From assembly GCF_009914755.1 (NCBI RefSeq), contig NC_060928.1: a DNA stretch of 64,000 bases. One strand, written 5' to 3'. The notes under the pieces are model-generated. The model was not told the origin of the DNA and did not search any database. It saw only the letters and a list, made by a program, of their open reading frames with translations. The translations under genes were made by a program, and so were the position numbers. Within the stretch, counting starts at the first letter, position 1. Every line of letters starts with the position of its first letter. Shown piece by piece: positions 17,450-29,884 of the stretch. The stretch comes from the human T2T-CHM13v2.0 reference genome, Homo sapiens.

Positions 17450-17874
17450 TGTAGTGGGTTGAGAAATGTCCCCTTAAAATGTATGTTCATGCAGAATTTC
17501 AGAATGTGACCTTATTTAGAAATAGGATTCCAAGATGAGGTCATACTGGATTTAGGGTGGGCCCCAAAACTAATGACATGTGTCCCACACTAAGGGAAAG
17601 ACACACAGAGACACAGAGAAAGCCAGGCAGAGATGGAGGCAGAGGTTGGAGTGATGCACCTGCAAGCCAAGGAATGCCAGGGGCTGCCAGCACACCAGAG
17701 GCAAAGAAAGAGGGACAGAACCAATTCTCCCTCAGAACCTCTAGAGAAAACCAACCCTGCTAACACCTTGATATTGGACTTCTGACCTCCAGAACTGTGA
17801 GAGGACAGTATTCCATTGTTTTAAGCCACTAAATTTGTGGTAGTTTGTGATGGCAGCCATAGAAAGTTAATGCT
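17450..17874 (+). mobile_element. MLT1C-like LTR
   Basis: tgtagtgggttga...agaatgtgaccttattt...gcaagccaaggaatgcca...ttttaagccactaaatttgtgg. Confidence 0.85.
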
Positions 17875-18084
17875 GATACTTATTACCAGTAATGTATTAA
17901 GAGCTTATTCTGCTACAAAAGGATGAGCCCTAGGAAACTGTCAACATTTGAACTTTTTTTTTTCACCTACTGAGGCAGCCATTTCATATGGTTCAACCTA
18001 ATAGTTGATGTAACTGATTTATTTCTCTCTCACACAGTTAAAAATCCCAATTTTCTTGGTTATGTTTGCAACAACCTTTTGAAA

Positions 18085-18230
18085 TATCATTATCCTTATT
18101 TTTACAGATGAGGAAATTGAGATTCAGAGAAGCTAAATAATTTGCTCATAGCCTCACAGATGATAAATCACAGAACTAGAAAACAAACTCAAAATTGTCA
18201 GACCCTGAAATCGATGTGCTTTATCTATGT
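18085..18230 (-). mobile_element. MIR
   Basis: Core ttttacagatgaggaaattgagattcagaga. Confidence 0.75.
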
Positions 18231-18392
18231 CAGTGCATCTCAAACTTTAATAATGTCTATACAGATTACCTGAGGATCTTGTTAAAATGTAGATGATGAC
18301 TCAGTAGGTCTTGGGTAGGGCCTGAGACTCAGTATTTCTAACACACTCTTGGGTAATGCCAATGCGGCTGGCACTCAGAGAACACTTTGAGT
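18231..18392. mobile_element. MER5A/B (hAT-Charlie)
   Basis: cagtg..tctcaaactt...cttgttaaaatgtagat...actttgag. Confidence 0.75.
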
Positions 18393-20909
18393 TTAGAAGA
18401 CTCAGGTGTCCGGCCTTCCCCAACATGGTGTAACTGACAATGTGATTCGTTTTGAAGTAATTATGATGGGTTCTAATTATATCCAGACAGATTCATAGTG
18501 CAGTTGGTTGAAAATATGGAGCCGGACTATTTGAGAAAAATGAGTGCTGGAGGCATAGTTTTAGGAGTCATTAGCAAAGAGAAGGTAGTTGAAAATGTGA
18601 ATAGATAAGCTTACTGAGACATGCTCTATTCTAATTTTTAAAATTTTCATATATCATTCCTTTTGGATGGGACCAGTTAAAAAGAAAACAAAACCTAGAT
18701 ATTCTTTGAATAATGATTAAACATATTTTCTATTCATAATGTATAGTCTCAAAGCAGCATTTTAAAATGTCTTAACTGGATAGTTTATGTGCTATTACAT
18801 AAATTAATGTTGTCTTATGGTGACTTTAATGAATTGACTGACTCACATGCCTAATTAATGAAATTCTTACAACCTGAAGTTTAACTGGATGCTTTAGTAG
18901 AGTACTTCTTTCAGTTTTGGTTGAATGGAGCAACTGAAGAAACTGGGGAATAGTTTAAGGTACTCACATTTTCTATGGCCAAGAGTGAATCTGAGCTCAG
19001 TGTCTTCCAGATTTCTAAGATGCCCATGAGGTGCATAGACAACAACACGTATCGAGGGACAAGGAAGTGTTGGGGGAGGGAAACATCTTCAAATTTCTTT
19101 AAAAAATACTTTCTTGAAGACTTGCATAGAATTCTGGGATTGGTCTGTCTTTGTGAGTTAGTAATGAAATTCACATTAGAGTTAGATCTACCATAAAGAA
19201 TTTCCCTACTTCATTTGCAGTATTTTAAGAGCTAATTTGCAACATCTGCCTAAGTAAATAGAACTTACTTGAAAAGTAGAGAAGCAAAACCATGTGTCTG
19301 AAGTATTACACACAAGTACTTGATGGCTTAACTAAATCAAACCCAGATGGACATGTGGCCCTGTGGAACCTCAGTAGTTTTCTTGCACAACATTTGACAG
19401 AGGCCACATCATTAAAGTCAAGTAGAATATTCAAGGCCAAGGAATTCCTATTGTTAAATAATATGATTAAGAAAATAATTGATGGTGTCCATTACCCTGG
19501 CTAAGGACTCTTAGAGACCTTTTCTCTGAGTACCATGTCTCTGAAGTTCTGGGAAGCAACTAGCCAAGGTACCCTGGCTTATGACTGAGAAAGAATATTG
19601 GCACCATAGAAAGATTTAAATTTTCATTTGTGGATTTATTTTTAGTGATTTCATAAAAGTGTCAAATATTTGAGATATTTTCAGAGCCTGGAATCCATTA
19701 TATACCCGTTATGACTTGATAGAACTGTTTATATTATCTAAGAAACATATTTACAGGCAAAGATATTTTTATAGAATATATATATTCTGTGCGATAAATC
19801 AAGAGGAACAAAGATGACAATAATTTTGTCACAACAAATTCTATGAGGAATTCTTCAAGATGATTTAATAATTCAATTCAAATGTATCTTGAGAGTTGCT
19901 AATTAAAACTAGGCAGATAACTGAGCTTATCTCCTTCATGGTATGCTATATTGCAATTATCCAGTGATAAAACAATTTATTGTAGGGAATTGCAATCTAT
20001 TAAGTTAATAGATTTGAATGCTTAAGCCTGGTAATTCTTTCACACATGTAAGGTTGCCGAGATTGAAAGTAAGATATCCAGAAAAGCAGATGGGAAATAA
20101 CAAAACTGGTATTCTTCCTATAAAGGAGAGATGATAGGTAACTATTTTTGTTATCATTCTCTTTTTTTTAAAAAAAAACTCAAGTATGTTCTACTTCTGT
20201 AATTTAAATATTCCAGTGAAGGAAAAAAGATCAAGTAAATTTATAACAACTTGAGCAGTTGCACTGTGAAGAAACAGATCAAGAGTTTTTCTAGGTGATG
20301 GTTTATCTAGAAGTTAGAATGATTTATTGACTATCCCAAACTCAAAAGACATCCCACAGCAAAATATCTTTCTGTTGCAAGGACCAGGCTAAGCATAGTC
20401 ACTTGATAGATATTTTTTGATGATTGTTAGAAAATCTCCTAAACCTTTAAAATTGAGTAGGCATAAAACATTCTACACTAAGACATTTTCCTGGCTTTCT
20501 TTTATAACTCCATGAAAAATCAAATTAGTTTCCACTTTGGCTAAATATTTCATCATTTGTGGTTAGAAGATGCCAAGCATCATTTTAGTTATTTTCATTT
20601 AGGAATAAAATGATAAATTGACCCTTTGTGAATACACATATTATACACAGTATAGTCTTATTTCAATCTTTCAAATTGACATGCTAACTAAGGAGGATGA
20701 GAAGAAGATCATGACCCTAGGGATCGGTATTCAGTGCAAGTGAGAGTCCTTTGGAAGCATGTCTTTGCTCCCACTCTATCCTGCCCATTCAGTCCACCAC
20801 TTAGCTATGCTGAGTTGACCCTGTCTAATGTACATACCATATTGAACAGAAACCATATGCTTACGTGTCTGTTTTCCCTCACCAGAATATAAGCTCAGGA
20901 TACTCCAGT

Positions 20910-22480
20910 TGATCACTGAGCAAAGCAGGGTAGTTGAGTGCATACTCTTCTCAGATAACCCCTAGCTTATGACCACGTAAGAAGGTGGTAAAAGAGTCTG
21001 GCCATTTCCACCCAATCAGGATTCCTCTCACAGGTAGTCTTTGATCCAGAGCTCCCATTGGGCTGGTAGAGATTTGTCACGTCTGTATTGTGGTCTGATG
21101 CCCACCCTGCCCCATCCTGCTTCCATCCCTTTTCTTCTACAAGTGTTCTTCCACATCAACTTTTTCACTCCTCAATCAAGCTCACATCCATTTTCTGGAG
21201 AGTGCATACTGTGACTGCTGGTGCCTGAAATTGTCCAAGAACGCAGTAAGGTGGGATAGAGGAGCCAGTTTACTGATTCCTTGGCTAGTAACGAGGAACC
21301 AATTCCTGGTGGTAATTGGTGTACAGAAAGCCCCTGGAATGATTGGCAGTCCACTTGATAAACCTTTCATAGGTAGTGAGCTGGGATGTGCAGGTAGAGA
21401 GACATGTACTCATCAAGGAGATGATTTGGGTCATTGAAATGTGTAGGGGGATAAGAAAAATGAGTAAAATTGGGTGGTTATTTCTAAATTGCATTGAAAC
21501 TCTGCAGATTAACAATGAAAAGCTGAGGGCAGTTAATTAATTGAAAACTACAAAAGCCAGAGGGGCTCTTGGTAGCTTTCAAAGAAGCCCTCATGGTATG
21601 CAATGTGTTCACAGGAAAAGCTGATCAAGCCCTGGATTTGATATTCAGACTGGCTAAACTTCAAAGACGGTTGGAAGCTCAACCACCATAGTCATGACTC
21701 TTTTTGAGAAAACCTGAACTCCTCACACATGAGATGAGGACATTTGAGGGAATGCCTTTATAGATTTTGACTCCCAAGGCTATTCTGAAACTTTATGCGT
21801 GTACACAAGCGGCTTCCCCTCCTTATTCCAAGCCAGCACATTAGAGTACTGACTGGGTGTTGAAAGGGACCGCTGAAGGGGCAGCTGAAGTGCCGGCACA
21901 TAGACAACACTCTGGCCCTACTTATTCTCCTTTCACCAACACCCTACCATTGCAGTTACATCACTTTCTTTGGCTAAAATAATAACTTTGTGTTTTACAT
22001 GTTGTGAGTTAATACTGTTTTCTATGGGTCCAAGAAATCCAGTATGATTATATATTTTCTTTCACAATCTATTAGTTTTTCTGGAGTTCCTACCTAGCCC
22101 TTTTATACCCATGAACACACACACAACCCACCATGCCAAGTCATGTTTACCGCAGTTTTTCCATAAAGAGACCTGCAACCATTTATATTGGGTAAAAGGG
22201 AATTGCCAGCATTGGGAAGTCTTGTTGGACATAGAGTCCAAGTTCACATTTGTATCCAGAGACTCAGAGACCCAAATCATCATCATGGCCCCACTGTCAA
22301 AGAGAGAACACATGGGAGGAGGTCAGGTCATAAATGGAGTTCTGGCCAAAGTTTGGCCTACAGGAGATCCCCAGGATTTGTAGACCCACCAAATGATCAC
22401 TTCTCTGGTTCCCAAGGATTTAATTTGTATTGACATACGTTGCAGCTGGAGTAACCCTGCACTGGGTCCTTTTCCCTGTT
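20910..22480 (+). mobile_element. LTR16-like LTR plus ERVL internal (gag/protease) remnant
   Basis: LTR16-like 20910-21215; IGWLFLNCIETLQINNEKLRAVN (gag-like, ~21470); HLYWVKGN...LLDIES...GGQVINGVLAKV (ERVL protease, 22180-22360). Confidence 0.8.
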
Positions 22481-23156
22481 CTTTCCGCAGATGGGAATTC
22501 TAGGAGCTGATGTCCTGTCTGCATAGGAATCCAACTGCTTCATTTTCAAACACTCAACCCATATCGCTCTTTTTCAGCCCTGTTCCTCTTCTTTGCCCTC
22601 TGTGATACCAAATACCTCCAAGTCCTTTGAGCCTCTGGGAGTTCTGGCTTGCTTTGAATCAGGTACCTATTTTCAAGGCATTTTAGACTGTAGTTAAGTC
22701 AGTTACCATTCTGATCTACTTTATATCTTCTGAACTTTTTTTTAACTCACACTATTTCTCTTTGAAATGTTTTATTTGCACTTGTTCTTGAGTTTCGGTA
22801 ACTTTAAAATCCACTTACCATTTTAGCAGAGATTTGAGAGAAAAATGAACTCTTTATCCACCACATTTAACTAAGCATCCAGCCCTTTTCTTACGTAGAG
22901 TAGTTACTTCTCAGCTTCAGCAATTTGTATGCTCACACACCATGCTACTGGATCATTCCTGGAGCTCACACCACTTGGAAGACAGTAGTATTTGTAATTA
23001 AGAAATAATTTAAAATAATTTAAAAAATACAATACTGTTGTATGTGTTCTATATGCATATTCATATTATTTTTAATTAAAAAAAGTAAAGTTGGAGAGTT
23101 AGGCAGGACTGGACTATAAGGACCTTCACATATGAATTGGACCTTGAAAAATGAGT

Positions 23157-23292
23157 AATAAAAAATAGCTAACATTTATTGAGAGCTTACTATCTGCCAG
23201 ATACTGTGATAATTGTTTTCTGTCCACTATGAAAGAAGAACAATTATTAGCTCCATTTTATGAATGAGGAGACTGAAGCTCAGAGAGATTAT
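23157..23292 (-). mobile_element. MIR
   Basis: atagctaacatttattgag...ccattttatgaatgaggagactgaagctcagagag. Confidence 0.75.
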
Positions 23293-24285
23293 TATGCCAT
23301 AATCGCTCATTGCAATGAGGCACCAGGGCATGATTATTTGCATACTAGGTTTCCTCCTCTGTTAGTCTTGTGAGCTCCTCCAGGGAGTATACATATGTGT
23401 CTCAATCTGTTTTTAGTTTACTTCAGTGCAATATCCACCATAGAAACCGTGTTCAGAAAAATGTATGATAAATGAACATTGGCTACTGATTTCAAACATT
23501 AGGGAGAAAAGCAATTTGAAGCAAAATACAGATTTGTAGAAATGGGGAAAAAGGGGACTTCTTAACTTTATTTTAGCACTTACAGGAATGGAAACAGGAG
23601 AATTTTACTTTGAACTTGTGGAGAAATGTATTCTTAACTTATGGGATTCTTAACTGGTACCTTTAAAAAAATCATCAAAGTCAGGCTGAGTATCCAGAGA
23701 ATATTGCTATAACTAGCCGTGAACTATGACCAAAAAGGACAGCTCTATATTTACAAACTGTGGTGGCTTCTGGGATGGGTAAAGGAGGAGGAAGTAGAGG
23801 GAAGTGAAGTTTACGGTTCTGTAAATTACAGCCCATGGCAGGACCAGGATGCCTCCCCAGCCTAAGCCTGGAGGCAAGTCAGCCAAAGGGCGGCTACTCA
23901 TACTTGTGTAATTAACGATGCATTTTTAGTGTAATAAAAAGACTTACATTTTGGCTTATATTTCCTTGTTAACTGTTATAGTGACAGGCAATTTATTCCA
24001 AAGGACAACTGCCAGGATAGTCCCTATTATGGGAATACAGTGAGTAACCCAACTCTAAAGTTGGAAAAACAAGAAAACAAAACGAACAAAATGACTGAAA
24101 ATCAAGAACTGAGGAGAGAGAAACCCACAGTTAAACTCTGAGATACAAGACATTTTACCTTTATCCATGCCATTCAGAATTATTTACCTGTCAATAGCAA
24201 AATTTAGGGTAGACATCAAGAAATCCCTTCTAGTACATTGAACATTGAACCCACCACAGAGTGAAAGATTGCTCTCCCCAAGAAC

Positions 24286-24584
24286 TTTTTTTTTTTTTTT
24301 TTGAGCTGGAGTTTCGCTCCTGTTGCCCAGGCTTGAGTGCAATGGTGCGATCTTGGCTTTCTGCAACCTCCACCTCCAGGGTTGAAACAATTCTCCTGCC
24401 TCAGCCTCCTGAGTAGCTGGCATTACAGGCATGTGCCACCACGCCTAGACAATTTTGTATTTTTAGTAGAGATGGGGTTTCTCCATATTTGTCAGGCTGG
24501 TCTCAAACTCCTTACCTCAGGTGATTCACCCGCCTAGGCCTCCCAAAGTGCTCAGATTACAGGCGTGAGCCACCGTGCTTGGCC
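24286..24584 (-). mobile_element. Alu (AluSp/Sq-like)
   Basis: gagtttcgctcctgttgccc and gtgcaatgg diagnostics; TSD ccca(a/g)gaactttt. Confidence 0.95.
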
Positions 24585-24716
24585 TCCCAGGAACTTTTAA
24601 AAGAAGAGTTAGCTATTTCTTATGGAATGTGGAAATATATGGAATTTTCCAAGATGTATGTTTCTGATGCAAAAGGAAAGCTAAGTAATTGATATACATT
24701 AGGTTATTTACTACAG

Positions 24717-24757
24717 TATATATATATATAAATATATATATATATAAATATATAAAT

Positions 24758-24792
<35 letters not shown>
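24717..24792. repeat. (TA)n-rich simple repeat
   Basis: Directly visible. Confidence 0.9.
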
Positions 24793-24831
24793 CACATTTA
24801 AGGTTATTTTACTAAGATTAACCATATAAAT

Positions 24832-25185
24832 TGATAGGGTTTGGCTCTGTGTCCCCACCCAAATCTCAACTTAAATTGTAATCCCCACATGGCAAAGGGA
24901 GGTTATTGGATCGTGGGGGCAGTTTCCCCCATGCTGTTCTCATGATAGTGAGTGAGTCCGCATGAGAACTGATGGTTTAAATGTGTGTGGTGGTTCCCCC
25001 TGCCCCCCTCTCTTTCCTGCTGCCATGTAAGATGTGTCTTGCTTCCCCTTTGCCTTCCACCATGATTTTAAATTTCCTGAGGCCTCCCCAACCATACAGG
25101 ACTGTGAGTCAATTAAACCTCTTTTCTTTATAAATTACCCAGTCTCAGGTAGTTCTTTATAGCAGTGTGAAAATGGAGTAATACA
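24832..25185 (+). mobile_element. MSTA-type MaLR solo LTR
   Basis: tgatagggtttggctctgtgtcccc...taataca; perfect TSD taaat at 24827-24831 and 25186-25190. Confidence 0.9.
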
Positions 25186-25324
25186 TAAATGTGTGTATAT
25201 ATATATTTATTTATTTATAGTCCAAAGGGTCTGGAGCATAGCCATTGATTGGTCAGTCTCTGAGAACTTGGTAGCCTCTGGACTCCCAAGCCTTGAACTA
25301 ATTGAGCAGTAATTTGACTTGCAT

Positions 25325-25601
25325 GGCTGGGCACAGTGGTTTGCACCTGTAATCCCAGTACTTTGGGAGGCCAAGGCAGGCAGATCACTTGAGATCAGGT
25401 GTTTGAGATCACCCTGACCTACATGGTGAAACCCTGTCTCTACTAAAAATACAGAAGTTAGCCAGGCATGGTGGTCTGTGCCTGTAATCCCAGCTACTCG
25501 GGAGGCTGAGCTCAGCATGAGAATTGTTTGAACCCGAGAGGTGGAGGTTGCAGTGAGCCAAGATCGTGCCACTGCATTCCAGCCTGGGTGAAAAAAAAAA
25601 A
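25325..25601 (+). mobile_element. Alu (AluS-type), 3' end shortened, inside EBLG
   Basis: Dimer ending agcctgggtg+poly(A); terminal ~20 nt missing; no TSD seen. Confidence 0.93.
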
Positions 25602-26067
25602 GGAAGTCCTTGGTGAATTCTTTGAAAGTAGGGTCTACTGATCTAAGGCAATTTGGTCATACACAATTCTTAGGTTATTTCCAGAAGATAATAGTAGCCA
25701 TCGAAGAAGGTGAGGTGGGTAAGGGTTACTTAGTTATTCCTCAGCCTTGCTACAAGTTGATAAGTAATGCAAGTTTCAAACCAAATTCTGCCCCATATAC
25801 AGATATTTATTCGTCAAACATTGATGAGCAAGCAGGTCCAAAACTATTTATGCAGTTCTGTACATTTAATGAAGGCTCAGCTGTCTATCATCTTAGATTC
25901 TCTGAAAACTCCCATGCCTGCTTAGAGGCTGACACAGTCAGGATCTTTTACCCCTGTGTTATAGATCAGGCCATCAGAAGTCATCATAACCAATAGCTAG
26001 ACACAAGACTGTGTAGGGGGCAAATCCTGGGCTCCACCTACAGGGTAAAGGCTAAGTCTTAGTTTGC

Positions 26068-26357
26068 TTTTTTTTTGAGATGGAGTCTTGCTCTGTTGCC
26101 AGGCTGGAAAGTACCGTGGTGCAACCTTGGCTCACTGCAACCTCCTTCTCCCAGGTTCAAGTGATTCTCCTGCGTCAGGCTCCTGAGTAGGTGGGATTAC
26201 AGATATCCGCCACCATACCCGACTAATTTTTGTATTTTAGTAGAGACGAGTTTCACCATGTTGGCCACGCTGGTCTCTACCTGCTGACCTCAAGTAATCT
26301 ACCTACCTCGGCCTCCCAAAGTGCTGGGATTACAGGCGTGAGCCACTGCATCTGGCC
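26068..26357 (-). mobile_element. Alu (AluS-type) inside EBLG
   Basis: Antisense dimer; TSD ctt(a/t)gttt(g/a)cttttt at ~26058 and 26358. Confidence 0.95.
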
Positions 26358-29252
26358 CTTTGTTTACTTTTTATACCCTATTCATGCAAGCTTGAAGAGA
26401 GTCTCTAACATATTTGTAACCACTCTCCTCTTCATGCATCATGAATACTTTTAATTTCACCCATGATGTCGAATAGCTAACATTCCATATTCATCATAGC
26501 AATCAACACCATTAAACCCAAGAGATTTGCTTCTGGCATTCAGTATGCTAATCAGCAGGTTGTAGGGTGTTGATTTTGAGGTACAGAAAACTGAATAAAA
26601 CTGTAGTTGCTCCCTCTGGTATGTGGTCTGAACATCCCTGAACTGATTTATGATTAAGCCACTGTAATTTAATCAAATAATATTTTAAAATAAATTACAG
26701 ACTATTTTAATACTGACAAGTTCACCAAACAAAGTACCTGGCCTAGTGGAGCCACTCAAAGTTCACTGAATTGAATGGGGTGTTTAAAGGGCTTGTAAAT
26801 TGGAATATGGTTATGTCAATTAGACTACATATTCATAGGCAGTTTGGGTGTTAAGATTTGGTTATAGTAACTCAATCAAATTTTGATTTGATTGACTTGG
26901 GCTTATTTTGATTTTCCAGTTGTCTTGGGGCACTCTGGAGAAAGCCCTTGGTTGGCTTCAGGCTCCAGAATTAGTAAATTCTGTCATGTTTCTTTTGGGA
27001 AGGTCATTCATTGGTAGACTTTGCCAATAATTACTTTGAAGTGATGGTTCAAATTGTATATTTGTGAGAATTGCTTAAATATTTTCAGGTAATAAGTGTA
27101 ATTGTTTATAAAAGAGTGGCCTTTTTTTTTTTTCTTTTTAGAGGAAGCAGAGTGGGGTAATAGCTACACATTCCTGAGAAACAGGCCATATCACTGTCAA
27201 TCTGCCTCACTGTCTTCCTCTGATGTGCTTGGGCAATCCAGAAGTGGAAGCCATAAAGCGGATGATGGTGCAGCTGGATTGTTGACTGTCACATATGTCT
27301 TTTTCCAAACAACGCTAGGTGAAAGAGCTACAGAAAAGAGGTTCCAAGCCTTCCCCCACAAACATCAGCTGATCCACAGAAGTCACACATAGAACCCTCT
27401 CAGCTCCGACAAGGAAGTGAAGCTCCCAGGTTCCCATATCTGGATCTCAAGGCCTAGCATATGGTTCAGAGTCACGAAAAAGGATAAATATCATTTAGAT
27501 ATTCTTTTTGGAAATATCTTCACTTAAAATTTCTTTTAAAAAATTCAGAAAGTCATAAGCTATTTGCAACCATCTCTTGTTTCGTAAGTTACCTTAGTTT
27601 GAAAAGCTTACTCTTGGGATGAACGGTAATGTCTCTTTAATTGAAGAGGCTGTGTGTGATAAGCATCAATTCCATTTGCTTCCTCCCCACCCTAGAACAC
27701 ATATTTTCCTTCCCACACCCCAGTCCCTGGAGAAAAATTTGTGGCCGCACCTGTAGTGATATGTATCAGGTGTTCCCAACTAACAAATGCTTTGTCTGCA
27801 GGCTTCGAAAGCATCCTCGTGTTTTGCCTCCTCGCTCAAGAGAAAACACGCACTTCTGCACTCAAGCTTTGATTTCTTTCAGTCTGTGGCTTACTGGAAT
27901 AACATATGTGCTTGCTCAACGTCTTTATTTTGCCAACAAAACACCCACAATCTCAATGATATTTTCAACCCCTTGTATGGTATCCTGATGTCTATTTATA
28001 TTGACATCCAGACATTTTAGTCTCACTACTGGCACAGAGATGACATTTTCGTGACTAATTATTATTGTGATAATGTAATGCAGTCTCTCTCCAGACAAAA
28101 CCCCTTACTGCCAGCCACAGCTCAAAAATTTCCTTTTTGAAAGGTTTTTCTGATCATTGTCTTTGGCTTCTAAGAAACCATCCATCTAATGTTGTGTGAT
28201 TTCAGGAGATTTTGAAGAGCAGAGGGCCATGCATTCCTCTTTAAAGCTAGGTGTTTGTACCAGCATCAGAAGATGGGTATTATTATTCATGTGACCAAAA
28301 CACTTGACTTACACATCCTTGGCCTTGCTAATATTGGCTTATTGTCGGATCATATATATTACTTATCCTAGAATATGGAATAAAAGAAGCTCTACAATGA
28401 TTTAAATATATATATTTAGCCTCTGCTGTTAGGTGAGAGCTTAGGATGGGGTGGGGGGAGATGAACATGTGAGGCTACACTAGAGTAAAATGCCATGATG
28501 ACACACCCTAGGATAATGAAAATTTGGGTATAATGCAATTAGCTCCTATCTTCTGACCAGGTGCCATCCTTAAATGCAGGTGTGTTGATGTTCTTATGTT
28601 CTGGGAGGTGGGGTGGGGCAATAAAGGGAGCATGAAGGTTGACAGGAAGGCAGCAGGTGATCCCAACTGGGAAGCAGGGTGCCAGGGCAGAGGTCTGCAG
28701 TATTCCCATTGGTCCAGCCTTTCAGATTGGGTTGGCAAAACAGCTTTCAACAGAGCAGGAGGTTCCTGGAGTTACTCTGCTTGTCGTTGGAAGTCCCAAC
28801 CATGCACAGGACCCAGAAGCCTCTACACTGATATTTAGGCTGGGCAGCAGGGGGATAACTCCCACTAGGTGGTTCCCAAATGCATCAGGGACTTGGATGG
28901 GTTTGGATCATACTAAGAATTCCCTGTGGTAACTCCCAGCCAGCAGGCAAGATTTTATTAGCCTCACAGTAATGCAAGCCCACAGGTGACACCATCTATA
29001 GTAAGTCTTTCTGGACTCCACTTATGGTGGGATTCTACCATAGCTCCCTACTTTCTATTAAAATATGACTGATGTTTCCTTAACATTATGGAACTCAGAC
29101 AAGTGTATCATGACATTGACTCTTCAGTGCAAGTATCTTTTTCCTATTCCTCAAATATATTCTATCAAATAAGGTTAAGATCATGGTTTTCAGGCAGCTT
29201 TGCAGTGGAAGGGCAAACTACATTCCAGATTTTGGCACTGGGATATATATGA

Positions 29253-29253
<1 letters not shown>

Positions 29254-29292
<39 letters not shown>
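29254..29292. repeat. (TG)n microsatellite
   Basis: Directly visible. Confidence 0.95.
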
Positions 29293-29295
<3 letters not shown>

Positions 29296-29474
29296 CAATA
29301 CATATATTTACATATTTAAATATGCTGCTATTTTTACTAATTAAATGCAAAATCATAGGTGAATTTAGCTTTGCATTTAATGTACAGAGCATAAGATGCT
29401 AATGTACAGGTTACAAGTGACAAGTAAACCAACAAAGCATCACAGTATCTGTTATGGATACCCTACCAAACTAA

Positions 29475-29884
<410 letters not shown>

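Larger units (their letters stand above)
25220..26662 (-). pseudogene. EBLG: Endogenous bornavirus-like glycoprotein element (decayed, split by two Alus)
   Basis: Collinear minus-strand motifs vs BDV G recalled from memory: YLKINTLQPAD*HTECQK/YLNHTTISLPAVHTSCLK (26583-26530), W-GFNG/WGFFG, QDLPPTQSC/QTFPPFMYC (26029-26003), IV-LD..LTN/IVSFD..LTN, TCITY/TCANY (25774-25760), [18 protein letters not shown] (25632-25606), MQVKLLL/LQSLLL, LRD*/LRSW (25264-25253). Confidence 0.82.

Noticed and set aside
25610-26454. Plus-strand ORF as bornavirus L polymerase fragment (FQK, RSHH, LGS..VK)
   Set aside because: Motif spacing inconsistent and conserved W-G/GVT residues absent; the minus-strand G alignment explains the region far better.
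26400-26520. NUMT
   Set aside because: C/A-rich look only; no mitochondrial gene motif, and it lies inside the EBLG.
27121-27392. Exon after polypyrimidine-TAG acceptor at ~27141
   Set aside because: No convincing donor or recognisable protein; cannot be supported without transcript data.
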